Source: Thermodesulfobacteriota bacterium
GTDB taxonomy: Bacteria > Desulfobacterota > Desulfarculia > JACQYL01
Length of the DNA: 64,000 nucleotides
Direction of reading: 5' to 3'
Assembly: GCA_963675595.2 (NCBI GenBank)
Contig: CAXXLZ010000003.1
Location: 128,001-192,000 of the forward strand
The translations under genes and the position numbers were made by a program. Below the pieces are notes generated by a model. It did not search any database. It worked only from the letters and a program-made list of their open reading frames with translations, and was not told the DNA's origin. Shown one piece after another: positions 38,161-47,933 of this stretch; positions within the stretch are counted from its first letter, which is position 1, and every line of letters begins with the position of its first letter.

Positions 38161-39456
38161 ATGAAAAGAACGGTGGCGGGTGTGATCCTGTTGTGCGCGG
38201 CGGCCATATTGGGGGGGTGCGGCAGTGAAGACGATATGCGGAAAGCAGGCGTTCTCGACAAGTCATTTAATCCGCCTCTGGGATATGCGCTTTACAGCGG
38301 CGAGGCGGGAGACCGGGACCGGGGAATCGAAACGGCCGTTACCCTCGACGACGGGATTGTGGTGATGGGGTACACCCGGACGGACCAAGGCAACGACATT
38401 CTGCTCCTCAAGTATCGGCCTGACGGGACCCCTGATCCCCTGTTCGGGAACAACGGCGTGGTCCGGTACGATCACCTCGGTGGAGGGGACCAACTGGGCT
38501 TCGGACTGGCCGTCCAGGACGACGGCAGGATCGTGGTGGCCGGACGGTCACACAACGGGACCGATTTCGACGTCTTGGTGGTGCGTTTCAACGCGGACGG
38601 CTCCCTGGATACGGGGTTCGGGGAGAACGGCGCGGTGATTTGGGCCGGTCCGGGAGGCGGAACGGACACGGGTCGTGGAGTGGCGCTCCAGGCCGACGGC
38701 AAGATCGTGGTGGCCTGCGAAAGCTTCACGGACCCGGACAAGGATGCGGTGCTGCTGAGGTTCAATCCCAACGGCGTCTTGGACGACGCTTTCGCCGAGA
38801 ACGGCTCCTTTTTCTATGGGGGGAGCGGCCCTGGGGATGACTGGGGATTTGATGCGGTCGTCCAACCCGACGGGAAACTCGTTATGACCGGCGGGGTCAC
38901 CAACGACGGCAAGGAGGACGTGCTGCTCCTGAGGCTGAATCCCGACGGAACCTTGGACCCGCTCTTCGGCCTCGGCGGAGTGGTCGCCCATCAGGGTACG
39001 GGTGACCAAGAAGACTACGGCAACGCGGTGCGGCTGCAGGCCGACGGAAAAATCATCGTCATTGGAGCCGAGCACAACGGGGAACACTTCGACATCGTCA
39101 TCCTGCGCTACGACCCCGACGGCGTGTTGGACCCGACTTTCGGCACGGAAGGCGTGGTGATTGTAGATCGGGGCGGGTATGACTACGCTTGGGGAGGGGC
39201 GGTTCAGGCCGACGGCCGGATTCTGGCGGCCGGATCGTCCTTTGACGGCGAAAGCGAAAACGGCGTAGTGCTGCGGCTCAACTCGGACGGGTCACCCGAT
39301 GCCGGTTTCGGTTCCGACGGTCTCTTTCGGTTCTACGGTCCTTCGGAAGACCGCATCTACGGAGTGGCCCTGCAAAACGACGGCGGGATCGTGGGAACCG
39401 GCTACACGCACGACGAAATCGGTGATGACGTTCTGGTCTTCCGCCTATTCGATTGA
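38161..39456 (+). CDS. Delta-60 repeat (beta-propeller) lipoprotein
   Basis: Lipobox LGGC; about seven repeats of ALQ.DGKIVVAG...LLR.N.DG.LD..FG..G. Confidence 0.88.
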   Translation: MKRTVAGVILLCAAAILGGCGSEDDMRKAGVLDKSFNPPLGYALYSGEAGDRDRGIETAVTLDDGIVVMGYTRTDQGNDILLLKYRPDGTPDPLFGNNGVVRYDHLGGGDQLGFGLAVQDDGRIVVAGRSHNGTDFDVLVVRFNADGSLDTGFGENGAVIWAGPGGGTDTGRGVALQADGKIVVACESFTDPDKDAVLLRFNPNGVLDDAFAENGSFFYGGSGPGDDWGFDAVVQPDGKLVMTGGVTNDGKEDVLLLRLNPDGTLDPLFGLGGVVAHQGTGDQEDYGNAVRLQADGKIIVIGAEHNGEHFDIVILRYDPDGVLDPTFGTEGVVIVDRGGYDYAWGGAVQADGRILAAGSSFDGESENGVVLRLNSDGSPDAGFGSDGLFRFYGPSEDRIYGVALQNDGGIVGTGYTHDEIGDDVLVFRLFD

Positions 39457-39490
39457 TCGGGTCGAAACCAACCCCCGAACGGACGCAACC

Positions 39491-39555
39491 AAGGGCTTCG
39501 GTGATTTCGCCTAAGCCCTTGATTTTCTGTGGTGGGCCATCAAGGAAGCGAACCT
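39491..39555 (-). repeat. att-like duplicate of the tRNA-Lys 3' end plus flanking hairpin
   Basis: TGGTGGGCCATCAAGGAAGCGAACCT (39530-39555) vs 40859-40884, one mismatch; AAGGGCTTCGG..CCTAAGCCCTT hairpin beside both copies. Confidence 0.9.
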
Positions 39556-39839
39556 CCAAAAGGCTTGGCATGGCCGACGCCGACGACACCGACAACATCG
39601 TGGATAAGGATAGGGAGGACTGGAGTCGATCTTTGGGGTCGATTCATTGCACGTGCCTGAAACGGCTCAATACTTCTGCGACATAAATCCGCGGTAGGCC
39701 TCCGGATCGTGTTGGAGAACCCACCTTGGCAGTCGTGGCTTGCCGGCTCATTCCTCGGGAATTGCGCGCCCTACCTGTCATCCGTTTCGGTTGATGCACA
39801 GTTCGAACCGGCAAACACGCTTGAAGTCACCAAAAGCGG

Positions 39840-39984
39840 CACGGGAGTTGGGCATAAGACCATCGCATTACCCGAAAGGTGTTCGCACCTGGCCCCGGAT
39901 AATGTGCGGGAAGCCGCCAAGCTGTTCGACAAACCCCAGGCCCGGGAAGTGGAAGTTTTTCCTTTAATGGGTGACGCCGAATGA
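39840..39984 (+). pseudogene. Tyrosine integrase C-terminal relic
   Basis: GHKTIALPERCSHLAPDNVREAAKLFD resembles box II LGH..I..T.RY.HL, with the catalytic Tyr position as Cys. Confidence 0.7.
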
Positions 39985-40013
39985 TTGGCAATATACCTTT
40001 TTAGGTATATTAT
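39985..40013 (+). promoter_or_regulatory. TA operon operator/promoter
   Basis: Perfect palindrome AATATACCT-TTTT-AGGTATATT (39990-40011) overlapping TTGGCA and TATATT/TATTAT hexamers. Confidence 0.75.
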
Positions 40014-40293
40014 GCCGACATGGGAAGTAAGGCTGACTCGACGGGCCGAAAAACAGACCAAGGAACTTCCTCAAAGGGTTCGAGAATCCCTTTTCGTCCT
40101 GCTTCGGGACATGGAATGTTACGGGCCGGTGCGGGGAAAATGGCCCAATTACGGCAAGCTGGATGCTTCCCGGCATCATTGCCGCTTGAAAGGCGGAAAG
40201 CCCACGTATGTTGCCGTGTGGGAAGTTCGGGACAGGACCGTCCGGTTGATTGAGGTGATCTATGTTGGAACGCACGAAAAAGCGCCCTACTGA
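40012..40293 (+). CDS. RelE/HigB-like type II toxin
   Basis: 93 aa basic protein, WEVRLTRRAEKQ..LP, WPNYGKL, HHCRLK, EVIYVGTHEKAPY; precedes and overlaps the HTH gene. Confidence 0.82.
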   Translation: MPTWEVRLTRRAEKQTKELPQRVRESLFVLLRDMECYGPVRGKWPNYGKLDASRHHCRLKGGKPTYVAVWEVRDRTVRLIEVIYVGTHEKAPY

Positions 40294-40615
40294 AGAAATT
40301 GAGCTTAGATTCCGTGGTCCGGCCGCACTCCGGGAAGAGGCGGCTCGAAGCCTGAAGGCTCTTGGATTCGTGGACCTGTCGGAAACCGTGCCTTGGCGGG
40401 AGGCCTTCCCGGAGTTCACGGCCGAGGAAGGGCCGGGGATTGTCCTTCGTGCCGTTCGTCGGCGAGAGGGCTTGACGCAAAAAGAACTCGCGGAGCGTTC
40501 GGGGATCGCACAGGCTCACATTTCAGAAATGGAACGAGGGAAAATCGCCATCGGCGTGACACGTGCCAAGCGACTGAGCAAAGTCCTTAACGTGGGATAC
40601 AAGATTTTCCTTTGA
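40262..40615 (+). CDS. XRE-HTH antitoxin (HigA-like)
   Basis: LRAVRRREGLTQKELAERSGIAQAHISEMERGK. Confidence 0.85.
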   Translation: MLERTKKRPTEEIELRFRGPAALREEAARSLKALGFVDLSETVPWREAFPEFTAEEGPGIVLRAVRRREGLTQKELAERSGIAQAHISEMERGKIAIGVTRAKRLSKVLNVGYKIFL

Positions 40616-40858
40616 TGCCTTTGTTCAAACGGCAGTAGCGACACGCCGGTGCATTTGATCTTGTAGGATGATGTGACTACGTCTGCGTCGGCATAAGCAC
40701 GTGGCGCAAGACCGGGGCACCAAGAATGGGAGGCCGTCTGAAAATCTGGGTGGTCTTTTCGTTTCCGTATCCGAAAAAAAGTGGGACAGGAGTGGGACGG
40801 ATTCGGGGATGAATCAAAAAAGGGCTTCGGCGAAATTGCCTAAGCCCTTTGATTTCTT

Positions 40859-40934
<76 letters not shown>

Positions 40935-40988
40935 TCGCGGGGGGAGGAAACCTTTCGTTTACCAGTCCCGTCCGAACGATGAATCCTT

Positions 40989-41017
40989 AATATAACCGCG
41001 CCGGTCGTATCAGGCAA
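40989..41017 (-). promoter_or_regulatory. Sigma-70 promoter of tRNA-Lys
   Basis: TTGCCT-17 nt-TATATT on the minus strand. Confidence 0.6.
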
Positions 41018-41133
41018 GGAAAAAATGTTACCTTTTTGCTCTCGGTCGGGTTCCTCTTTTCCGCGTCCATACGCTCATCCTTTCAGGCCCTCGGAGCGGC
41101 GCCGACTCCTCCAATCCATGGGGCCCGCCCTGC

Positions 41134-41688
41134 CTACCAGGGTCGGGGATAAGGCCACTCCGCCGAACCTTTCTTCATGAAGTCCGCGAGTCTCGCCATG
41201 GTATACAGGGCGTCGGACAGGCGGTTCAAGTATTTCAGGATGAACGGGTTGTCGAAGTCTCCTTGATCGTAGGACTCCACCCCTTTTCGTTCGAGACGTC
41301 GAGCGATGGCGCGGGCGAGATCCAGAATGGAACCCGCGCGCGTGTCGCCGGGAACGATGAAGTTTTTGGGCATGGGCACCCGCTCTTGAATACGGCTCAT
41401 AACGTCTTCGAGTCGTTTCACGTGAGAGTGACCGATCCGATGTTTCAACCGGGAGATGTCCTCGGGCATCGAGGCTACCTCGGCTCCGAGCATGAACAGT
41501 TCCTCCTGGGTCCTCCGTACCGATTCCGCCAGTTCTCCAGGGAGACCCACGGCGCGGGCCAATCCCAAAAAGGAGGTCAACTCGTCCACCGTGCCGAGCA
41601 CTGCTTCGCGGATTCCGCTTTTTCTCACCCGCTTGCCTCGCACCAGACCCGTGGTTCCGCCGTCACCCGTTCTTGTTGTTATCGACAT
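41134..41688 (-). CDS. pduO: ATP:cob(I)alamin adenosyltransferase (PduO type)
   Basis: ITTRTGDGGTT, GTVDEL, ARRLER, YLNRLSD; AAGGAGG RBS. Confidence 0.9.
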   Translation of the reverse strand: MSITTRTGDGGTTGLVRGKRVRKSGIREAVLGTVDELTSFLGLARAVGLPGELAESVRRTQEELFMLGAEVASMPEDISRLKHRIGHSHVKRLEDVMSRIQERVPMPKNFIVPGDTRAGSILDLARAIARRLERKGVESYDQGDFDNPFILKYLNRLSDALYTMARLADFMKKGSAEWPYPRPW

Positions 41689-41798
41689 GACAATCTTTCC
41701 TCCTTCCGCTCTGTTACGCCTGCAACATGAGAGTTAACCGTTCTCCAATCCGCAAGGTCGTATTTCGAGATGAAAATCCTCAAGAGCTTGATTCGTAT

Positions 41799-41940
41799 GC
41801 ATTCAGGGGGGGACTTTCGACAAAGTCTTCCCGTACCCCCATCCTAAGCTCCTCAAACGGGCCCCGCCGCCTTAAGCGGAGAGGCCACGATCCCCTCATC
41901 TCATGAATCGGCAAAGGGATTCCCCGTGAACAGGTACCCT
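41799..41940 (-). repeat. Diverged copy of the REPIN/MITE-like element at 35611-35928
   Basis: Shared blocks ACCT.TTCACG, GCCTCTCCGC-N3-AGGCGG, AAAGT(T)CCCCCCCT(T)GAATG(C/T)ATAC. Confidence 0.6.
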
Positions 41941-42343
41941 GATTCACCTTTCGCGGGCCCTTTCTTTCTCTCTCAACCGCATTCAACCCAAGATTTTCCC
42001 AGCTTCACTCCGCTCCTTGGAGAGTCGCATTCGTTCTCTTAGGCAGCGTCGTACGGATGGTGCACGAATCATGCCTCCTACGCGAAAACGTAACCACCTC
42101 GGGTCGGGAAGCAAACGGCCGGAAGATGGAACGATTCCGGTGGGTTCTCTCCGAGACGAGTTCGGTAATACGCGGGTTTCGAGAACGACGCCCCTGGATG
42201 CGCGACTCGAGGCTCCGTCTCCCTTTCCAAGCTGTAAAGAAAGTTGGCAGGGGAAACGAGACGCCGAAATCGGATGGCTGCCGGGCTTATCAAAAAAAGT
42301 GAATCAATTAAGCTGGTTACCTTATCGACGGCACGTTTGATCG

Positions 42344-42358
42344 TGGCATGCTTCTTGT
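42344..42358 (+). promoter_or_regulatory. Putative sigma-54 promoter for the kinase-DASS module
   Basis: TGGCATG-CTTC-TTGT (non-consensus -12); TGTAAAGAAAGTTGGCA enhancer-like box ~110 bp upstream. Confidence 0.5.
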
Positions 42359-42481
42359 ACTGTTCCTTGCTCGGCGAGGGATTCGAAGGTACGGCGAACG
42401 GCAACACCTATTAGATATTCAATAAAAGCCATCGGTGAATAGATAATTCAGGCGACAAAATCGGATATCAAGGACTTATAT

Positions 42482-44164
42482 ATGAGTGATAACAAATACT
42501 CGTTTCTTAGAAGGAAGTTGTTGGCAAGCATGCTGATTGTGCCGGCTATTCCTTTCTTAATAGTTATTATAATCGGCTACTATTATTACACGGGATCATT
42601 GGAGTCTGAATTTATTTCCAAGATAGATAGAATGGTTGATGACCACGGAAATCTAATAGAGTCCTTTATTAAGGAAAGAAAATCGGATCTTGTGATGATA
42701 TCAGAGCTTTATAGCTACGATGATATCATAGCAAAAGGTAAGATCGACTTCATATTTGATTCTCTTATAGAGAAATCCGATGCGTTTACCGATATCGGCG
42801 TCTTCAATGAAGCCGGTGTGCACGTCGCATACCATGGACCGTATGAGCTTGTGGGGAAAAAATACAATGAAGCGGCCTGGTTCAAGTCCGTGATGGAGAA
42901 GGGCTTCTACATCAGCGACGTCTTTCTGGGATACCGGGAGATTCCTCACTTGGTCGTGGCCGTTTTGAAACGGGAGCCCCACAAAAACTGGGTGATCCGA
43001 GCCACCATCGACAGTTCCGTATTCAGTCGGGTGGTGGAACAAATCCAGTTCGGTAAGACCGGTGAGGCCTACATTCTGAACCGTGAGGGCCTCTTTCAGA
43101 CCCAGCGTCGATCCGGCGGCGGACTTATGGAGCCGGACCCGGACTTTGAGACGGCACCCGCCGTTCATGAAGGAGTCCGGGTATTCGTGTCTGAGGCGCT
43201 CGACGGGACCGAGTATTTCTATGCCACCAGTTGGCTCGAGAACAACCAGTGGATGCTGGTGGCCCGGCAGGAAAAGGCGGAAGCCTACAGAGACCTTCAG
43301 AGAGTGGTGTATCTGGTGCTGCTGATCGCTCTGTTGGGCGGGGGACTGATTACCGGCATGGCTTTTTATGTGACCCATATGATCGTGGGAAGGCTGGACC
43401 TGCTGGACTCCGAGAAAAGTGAGTTGGGTCAACAGCTTGTGCGCGCCGGTCGTCTGGCTGAAATCGGAGAAATGTCCTCGGGATTCGCGCACGAAATCAA
43501 CAACCCTCTTCAGATTATCCGAGCGGAACAAACCTTGGTGGAGGCGATCCTGGGGGATTTGCGGGAAAGCGGTCAACTGAAGGAATCGGAAGACACTCGC
43601 CAGATTCAGGATTCTCTGGACCAAATCAAGATACAGATCGCACGATGTGCCGAGATAACTCAGGGTATTCTGAAATTCGCTCGGAAGAAGGAGGTTTCGG
43701 AAACCGCCGAGGTCGACCTGCCCTCCTTCCTGCCGGAACTCATCGGGTTGGTGAAGAGAAAAGCCAACGTGGAAGGAATCACCATCGAGCAGCAAATCCC
43801 CAAAGACCTTCCCCATCTCAAAGCGGACCCCGCCCAGTTACAGCAGGTCATCGTCAATCTTCTCAACAACGCCATTGATGCCATTGTGGAGAAACACGGC
43901 GCTCGGGGAGGGAACATCAACATTGAGGTCGGCCGGGAAGATGGATCGATTTGCATTGAAGTACGAGACGACGGTCCGGGAATCCGGAAAGAGAATTTGG
44001 AGAAAATATTTACGCCCTTTTTCACGACCAAACCCGTGGGTAAGGGAACGGGCCTGGGTTTGTCCATCTGCTATGGGATCATCACCAAGATGGACGGCAA
44101 CATGGAGGTGTTCAGCGAGGAAGGGCAGGGCACCCGATTTCGGATTCATCTGCCTGTCGCTTAG
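42482..44164 (+). CDS. Cache-domain sensor histidine kinase (NtrB type)
   Basis: Two TM around a periplasmic domain (YISDVFLGYR), GFAHEINNPL, FFTTKPVGKGTGLGL. Confidence 0.92.
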   Translation: MSDNKYSFLRRKLLASMLIVPAIPFLIVIIIGYYYYTGSLESEFISKIDRMVDDHGNLIESFIKERKSDLVMISELYSYDDIIAKGKIDFIFDSLIEKSDAFTDIGVFNEAGVHVAYHGPYELVGKKYNEAAWFKSVMEKGFYISDVFLGYREIPHLVVAVLKREPHKNWVIRATIDSSVFSRVVEQIQFGKTGEAYILNREGLFQTQRRSGGGLMEPDPDFETAPAVHEGVRVFVSEALDGTEYFYATSWLENNQWMLVARQEKAEAYRDLQRVVYLVLLIALLGGGLITGMAFYVTHMIVGRLDLLDSEKSELGQQLVRAGRLAEIGEMSSGFAHEINNPLQIIRAEQTLVEAILGDLRESGQLKESEDTRQIQDSLDQIKIQIARCAEITQGILKFARKKEVSETAEVDLPSFLPELIGLVKRKANVEGITIEQQIPKDLPHLKADPAQLQQVIVNLLNNAIDAIVEKHGARGGNINIEVGREDGSICIEVRDDGPGIRKENLEKIFTPFFTTKPVGKGTGLGLSICYGIITKMDGNMEVFSEEGQGTRFRIHLPVA

Positions 44165-44257
44165 TTCGGAGCGGGAGATGTACGGTTCAAGCAACTGTCT
44201 AGAGAATGCAGGCGATGCAGCATGACAAGTAAACCCTTAGGGGAGGAGGTTCTAAGG

Positions 44258-44710
44258 ATGAATATCAAAATGATGTTGGTGGACGACGAAGAGCGATTTC
44301 TTGAGACGACCAAGAAACTTCTTGAGAGAAAAGGATATGAAGTAATAACCGCATCCAGCGGTATACAGGCCATGGAAAATTTGAAGGCCGGAAGCGTTCA
44401 TGTTGTCATATTGGATGTAAAAATGCCTGGTATGGACGGAGTCGACACACTGAAGGAGATCAAGAGACTCTATCCTCTTGTGGAAGTCATCATGCTTACC
44501 GGGCATGCGACGGTGGAGTCGGCAATAGACGGTCTGAAGTCAGGCGCTTATGACTATCTTATGAAACCTACCGACATTGATGATCTGGTGACAAAGACGG
44601 AGGAAGCCTTCAAAAAACGACAGCAACATGAGGAAAAAATACGATTAGCACAGTCGAGAACCTATATGAAGTCTCCTAGAGAGATAATCAAACAGGCGGA
44701 AGAGGCTTGA
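44258..44710 (+). CDS. Single-domain response regulator
   Basis: LVDDE, LDVKMPGMDG, MLTGH, YLMKP; no output domain; GGAGG RBS. Confidence 0.9.
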   Translation: MNIKMMLVDDEERFLETTKKLLERKGYEVITASSGIQAMENLKAGSVHVVILDVKMPGMDGVDTLKEIKRLYPLVEVIMLTGHATVESAIDGLKSGAYDYLMKPTDIDDLVTKTEEAFKKRQQHEEKIRLAQSRTYMKSPREIIKQAEEA

Positions 44711-44760
44711 GTTTTATGTGCAATAAGGGCGGTGAATCTCACTGAGTCAGGGGATGCGTT

Positions 44761-45663
44761 ATGGAAAAAACGAAATTACTCATGGTCGATGATGAGAAGC
44801 AATTCCGTGAAACGACTTCCAAGGTGCTGACAAGACGAGGGTTTGACGTAACCGTCGCGGGAACCGGCGAAGAGGCCATAGAAAAGGTCAAACAGGGCAA
44901 ATTCGATGTCGTTGTCCTGGATATCAGGATGCCCGGGATGGATGGTCACGAAGCGTTGGAGAAAATCAAAAAGATCGACCCCAAAGCCCAAGTCATCATG
45001 CTTACCGGCCACGGAGGTATCGAATCCGCCAAGGAATCCCTGTCACACGGTGCTTTCGATTATCTGAGCAAACCGTGCGACATCGATCTGCTGGCGTCCA
45101 AGATCAACGATGCGGCATCGATTTCACACAAGGGAAAGCGGGAAGAGAAGAGAGCCAAAGACATCATGATCCCCATCGAGGATTACACGACCATCGGACC
45201 GGACAGCTCCGTGCGAGACGGAATCGAGGAATTGAGAAAATCGTTCGAAAGCACTCAGTCCACCAGTCGCCTTATGATCACGGGGCATCGATCCATTCTG
45301 GTCATGGGTCCCCAAGGGGAACTGACGGGAATCTTGAGCATTCTGGACCTCATTGAGGGGTTGCGGCCGGCATACCTTTCCGCGCCCAAGCCCTCGATGG
45401 CGGATGCCATGCAGTATTCGGCCATGTTCTGGGCGGGTTTGTTTTCCAAGCAGGCCAAGGATCTGGCCAAAAAGAAGGTGCGGGACGTCATGTCCCCTCC
45501 TCCTCCCACCATCGGAGAAGAAACAAATCTCATGGAGATCGCCAACCTGCTGTTCACGGAGCAAAGCAGGCGATTGGTGGTCATGCGCGGGAAGAAGGTG
45601 TTGGGAGTCGTGAGGGAGCAGGAAATCTTCTTCGAGGCGGCCCACATCATTTTGGGGGATTGA
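44761..45663 (+). CDS. Response regulator with C-terminal CBS pair
   Basis: REC (LDIRMPGMDG) followed by AKDIMIP..., LTGILS, VRDVMSPPP, LGVVREQEIF CBS motifs. Confidence 0.88.
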   Translation: MEKTKLLMVDDEKQFRETTSKVLTRRGFDVTVAGTGEEAIEKVKQGKFDVVVLDIRMPGMDGHEALEKIKKIDPKAQVIMLTGHGGIESAKESLSHGAFDYLSKPCDIDLLASKINDAASISHKGKREEKRAKDIMIPIEDYTTIGPDSSVRDGIEELRKSFESTQSTSRLMITGHRSILVMGPQGELTGILSILDLIEGLRPAYLSAPKPSMADAMQYSAMFWAGLFSKQAKDLAKKKVRDVMSPPPPTIGEETNLMEIANLLFTEQSRRLVVMRGKKVLGVVREQEIFFEAAHIILGD

Positions 45664-45741
45664 CGGATGCCTCGCTGAATGCGGCACGGAACCGTTTCCG
45701 CCCAATGCGGATCCGTCCATCAAGCGGGAAAAGGAGAGCAC

Positions 45742-47592
45742 ATGGCAGCGGCAACTCAAAAAAAAGCTACGGCTTATGACAAATATATAGACTGGAAAAA
45801 GTTCATCATCCCCGTGGTCGTCTTCGCTTTGATCCTCATCTTGCCTACCCCCTACAGCATGAAGGATGTGGGCGTCGAGTACAAGGTGGGACCTCGGGCG
45901 GTTCTCGATTACCTCAACATGGAGCTTTTCGGGGCCAAGACCTCGGACGTCGAGCAGTGGCAGTTAATGACCGCTCAGGTGATTGAAAATAACATGAACA
46001 TGGGCGCTCTGGCGAAAAAGCAGTTCATGAAAGTGAACATGAAGTACGTCAAGAAATACAAGATCTCGGGGGACGCCGAAAACCTGGAGAGGGCGAAAAG
46101 CTTCGTTGGAGGGCTGACCGACGAACGCTTCCTCGAAGTCTCCGGCCGAGCGCTTGAAGTTCGGAAGACGGACCTCAAATATGAAGACTTGAGCCCGTCG
46201 GAAAAGAAGGACGCCGACAAGGGGGCCTGGCACATCAAGGTGGCCATCGCCATGACGGCCTTCGTGGTGATCTGCTTCGTCACCGAATGTATTCCACTCC
46301 CCATCGTGGCTTTCTGTATCGGCCTGATTCTAGTGTTTACCGGTGTGGTCGGTAGGACCGAGGTCGCCTCCCTCTACTGGAGCGACGCTTGTTGGTTTAT
46401 CATGGGCAGCCTGATGTTCGCCGCGGCTTTCGTCAAGACCGGGGTGGACAAACGGGTCTGCCTCATGATGTTCAGCAAGCTGGCCACACCCAACGTGCGA
46501 TGGATCACCCTGGGGTTCTTCCTCGTGATCACGCCGTTGGCGGCTTTCATTTCGGACCATGCCTTGGCCGCCATGTTCCTTCCCATCGGCATGCTCCTGT
46601 ACCAGAACTCCCTCACGGATGAGATCCAGGAAGACCCCGAGTTGGCCAAAATGTTGATGATCAGCATTGCCATGGCGTGCAACATCGGGGGACCGGGCGC
46701 TCCTTCGGGCGGCGCCCGCAACGTGATCATGATGACCTATCTGAACGACATGTTCGGTATGGATATCGGGTATTTTCAGTGGATTACCTACTGTATGCCC
46801 TTTCTCATCGTCATGATCCCCTTGACCTGGTTCATGGTGAACTGGCGTTTCAAACCGCGGATTCACAGTCTGGCTCCGGCCATGGATCGCCTCCGTGAGG
46901 AGATCGGGCACATGGGGGGCTGGAACCGGCAGCAGATTTGGGCGCTCATCATCTTCGTGGTCATGGTGTTCGGGTGGTTCACTGAAAAGACGTTCTACAC
47001 GGCCGGCATTATTCCCATCCGATTGGGTATCGGCGTGATCGCCGTGGCCGGAGCGGTGGCTTACATTCTGGCCGGTGTGGTGAACTGGAGGGATTATCAC
47101 GAAAAGGTGGATTGGGGTGTGGTCTGGTTGTACGCAGGTGCCATCATTTTCGGCAGGGTGCTTGACGAAACCGGCGGGGCCTACTGGTTGGCCCGGAGCA
47201 TCGTGGAATTGCTCGCTCCCCTGGGAATGGATTCCGGGCTTCCCTTGATGGTCACATCCAACGCCGTGACGGCTCTCATGACCAACCTCATGGCGGATGG
47301 TCCGGCCGCGGCCGCCGTGGGACCGGTTGCCCTGAACATGGCGGGGCTGGCACATCCCGGCAGCACCTTCCTGCCGTTCATGGCCATGTCCACGGCGATC
47401 ACCTCGTCTTTCGCCTACTGTCTGATCATCGGGACGCCTCCCAATGCCATCGTCTACGCCAGCGGGTACCTCGGGCCCAAAGACTTCCTGAGGGTCGGCG
47501 TAATTCTTTGGGTGTTGGCTCAGATCGTAGTGATGATACTGACACAGTTCTACTGGGTGTTCAGAGGTTTCGGCTCCTTGGTGGGGTTCTGA
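45742..47592 (+). CDS. SLC13/DASS sodium-coupled anion symporter
   Basis: VTECIPLP, ACNIGG..PSGGARN, VDWGVVWLYAG, IIGTPPNAIVYASG; AAGGAG RBS. Confidence 0.92.
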   Translation: MAAATQKKATAYDKYIDWKKFIIPVVVFALILILPTPYSMKDVGVEYKVGPRAVLDYLNMELFGAKTSDVEQWQLMTAQVIENNMNMGALAKKQFMKVNMKYVKKYKISGDAENLERAKSFVGGLTDERFLEVSGRALEVRKTDLKYEDLSPSEKKDADKGAWHIKVAIAMTAFVVICFVTECIPLPIVAFCIGLILVFTGVVGRTEVASLYWSDACWFIMGSLMFAAAFVKTGVDKRVCLMMFSKLATPNVRWITLGFFLVITPLAAFISDHALAAMFLPIGMLLYQNSLTDEIQEDPELAKMLMISIAMACNIGGPGAPSGGARNVIMMTYLNDMFGMDIGYFQWITYCMPFLIVMIPLTWFMVNWRFKPRIHSLAPAMDRLREEIGHMGGWNRQQIWALIIFVVMVFGWFTEKTFYTAGIIPIRLGIGVIAVAGAVAYILAGVVNWRDYHEKVDWGVVWLYAGAIIFGRVLDETGGAYWLARSIVELLAPLGMDSGLPLMVTSNAVTALMTNLMADGPAAAAVGPVALNMAGLAHPGSTFLPFMAMSTAITSSFAYCLIIGTPPNAIVYASGYLGPKDFLRVGVILWVLAQIVVMILTQFYWVFRGFGSLVGF

Positions 47593-47622
47593 TCGCTTGT
47601 CGGCAACAATGTCTCCAATATC

Positions 47623-47659
47623 AATCGTCCCTTTGATGGACTCCATCGAAGGGACGATT
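47623..47659. terminator. Strong hairpin after the DASS gene
   Basis: AATCGTCCCTTTGATGG-ACT-CCATCGAAGGGACGATT, no clear U tract. Confidence 0.55.
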
Positions 47660-47715
47660 CAAACACCGGCCCACTCTTGCTGAGAGAACAAGCGGTGCAG
47701 GAAGAAGGTGGCTAC

Positions 47716-47904
47716 ATGGAAGCTCCGACGGTTTTGGAAACAGGCGAAGATGGAAGCAATACGGAAACGGACCGAGGGAGATTCAAGCTTTCCGAAGGGA
47801 AGATTTGGTTCAGCAAACGTACCGAACGAACGGTGTTCTGTGTTCTCACGGTATTGATGCTTGTGTGGGGACTGCTCGTCCGTTTGGGAGCTGTTGCCGG
47901 ATGA
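47716..47904 (+). CDS. Small single-TM hypothetical protein
   Basis: 62 aa, WFSKRTERTVF followed by a C-terminal TM; operon position. Confidence 0.6.
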   Translation: MEAPTVLETGEDGSNTETDRGRFKLSEGKIWFSKRTERTVFCVLTVLMLVWGLLVRLGAVAG

Positions 47905-47933
47905 CGGCACACTAGATTCGAATAAAGGAACAC

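Noticed and set aside
39530-39555. Second tRNA gene
   Set aside because: Only acceptor 3' strand and part of the T arm; no D or anticodon arm
41690-42000. Cobalamin riboswitch upstream of pduO
   Set aside because: No B12-box or GGGAA/GCCACTG core seen; region is explained by a REP-like repeat
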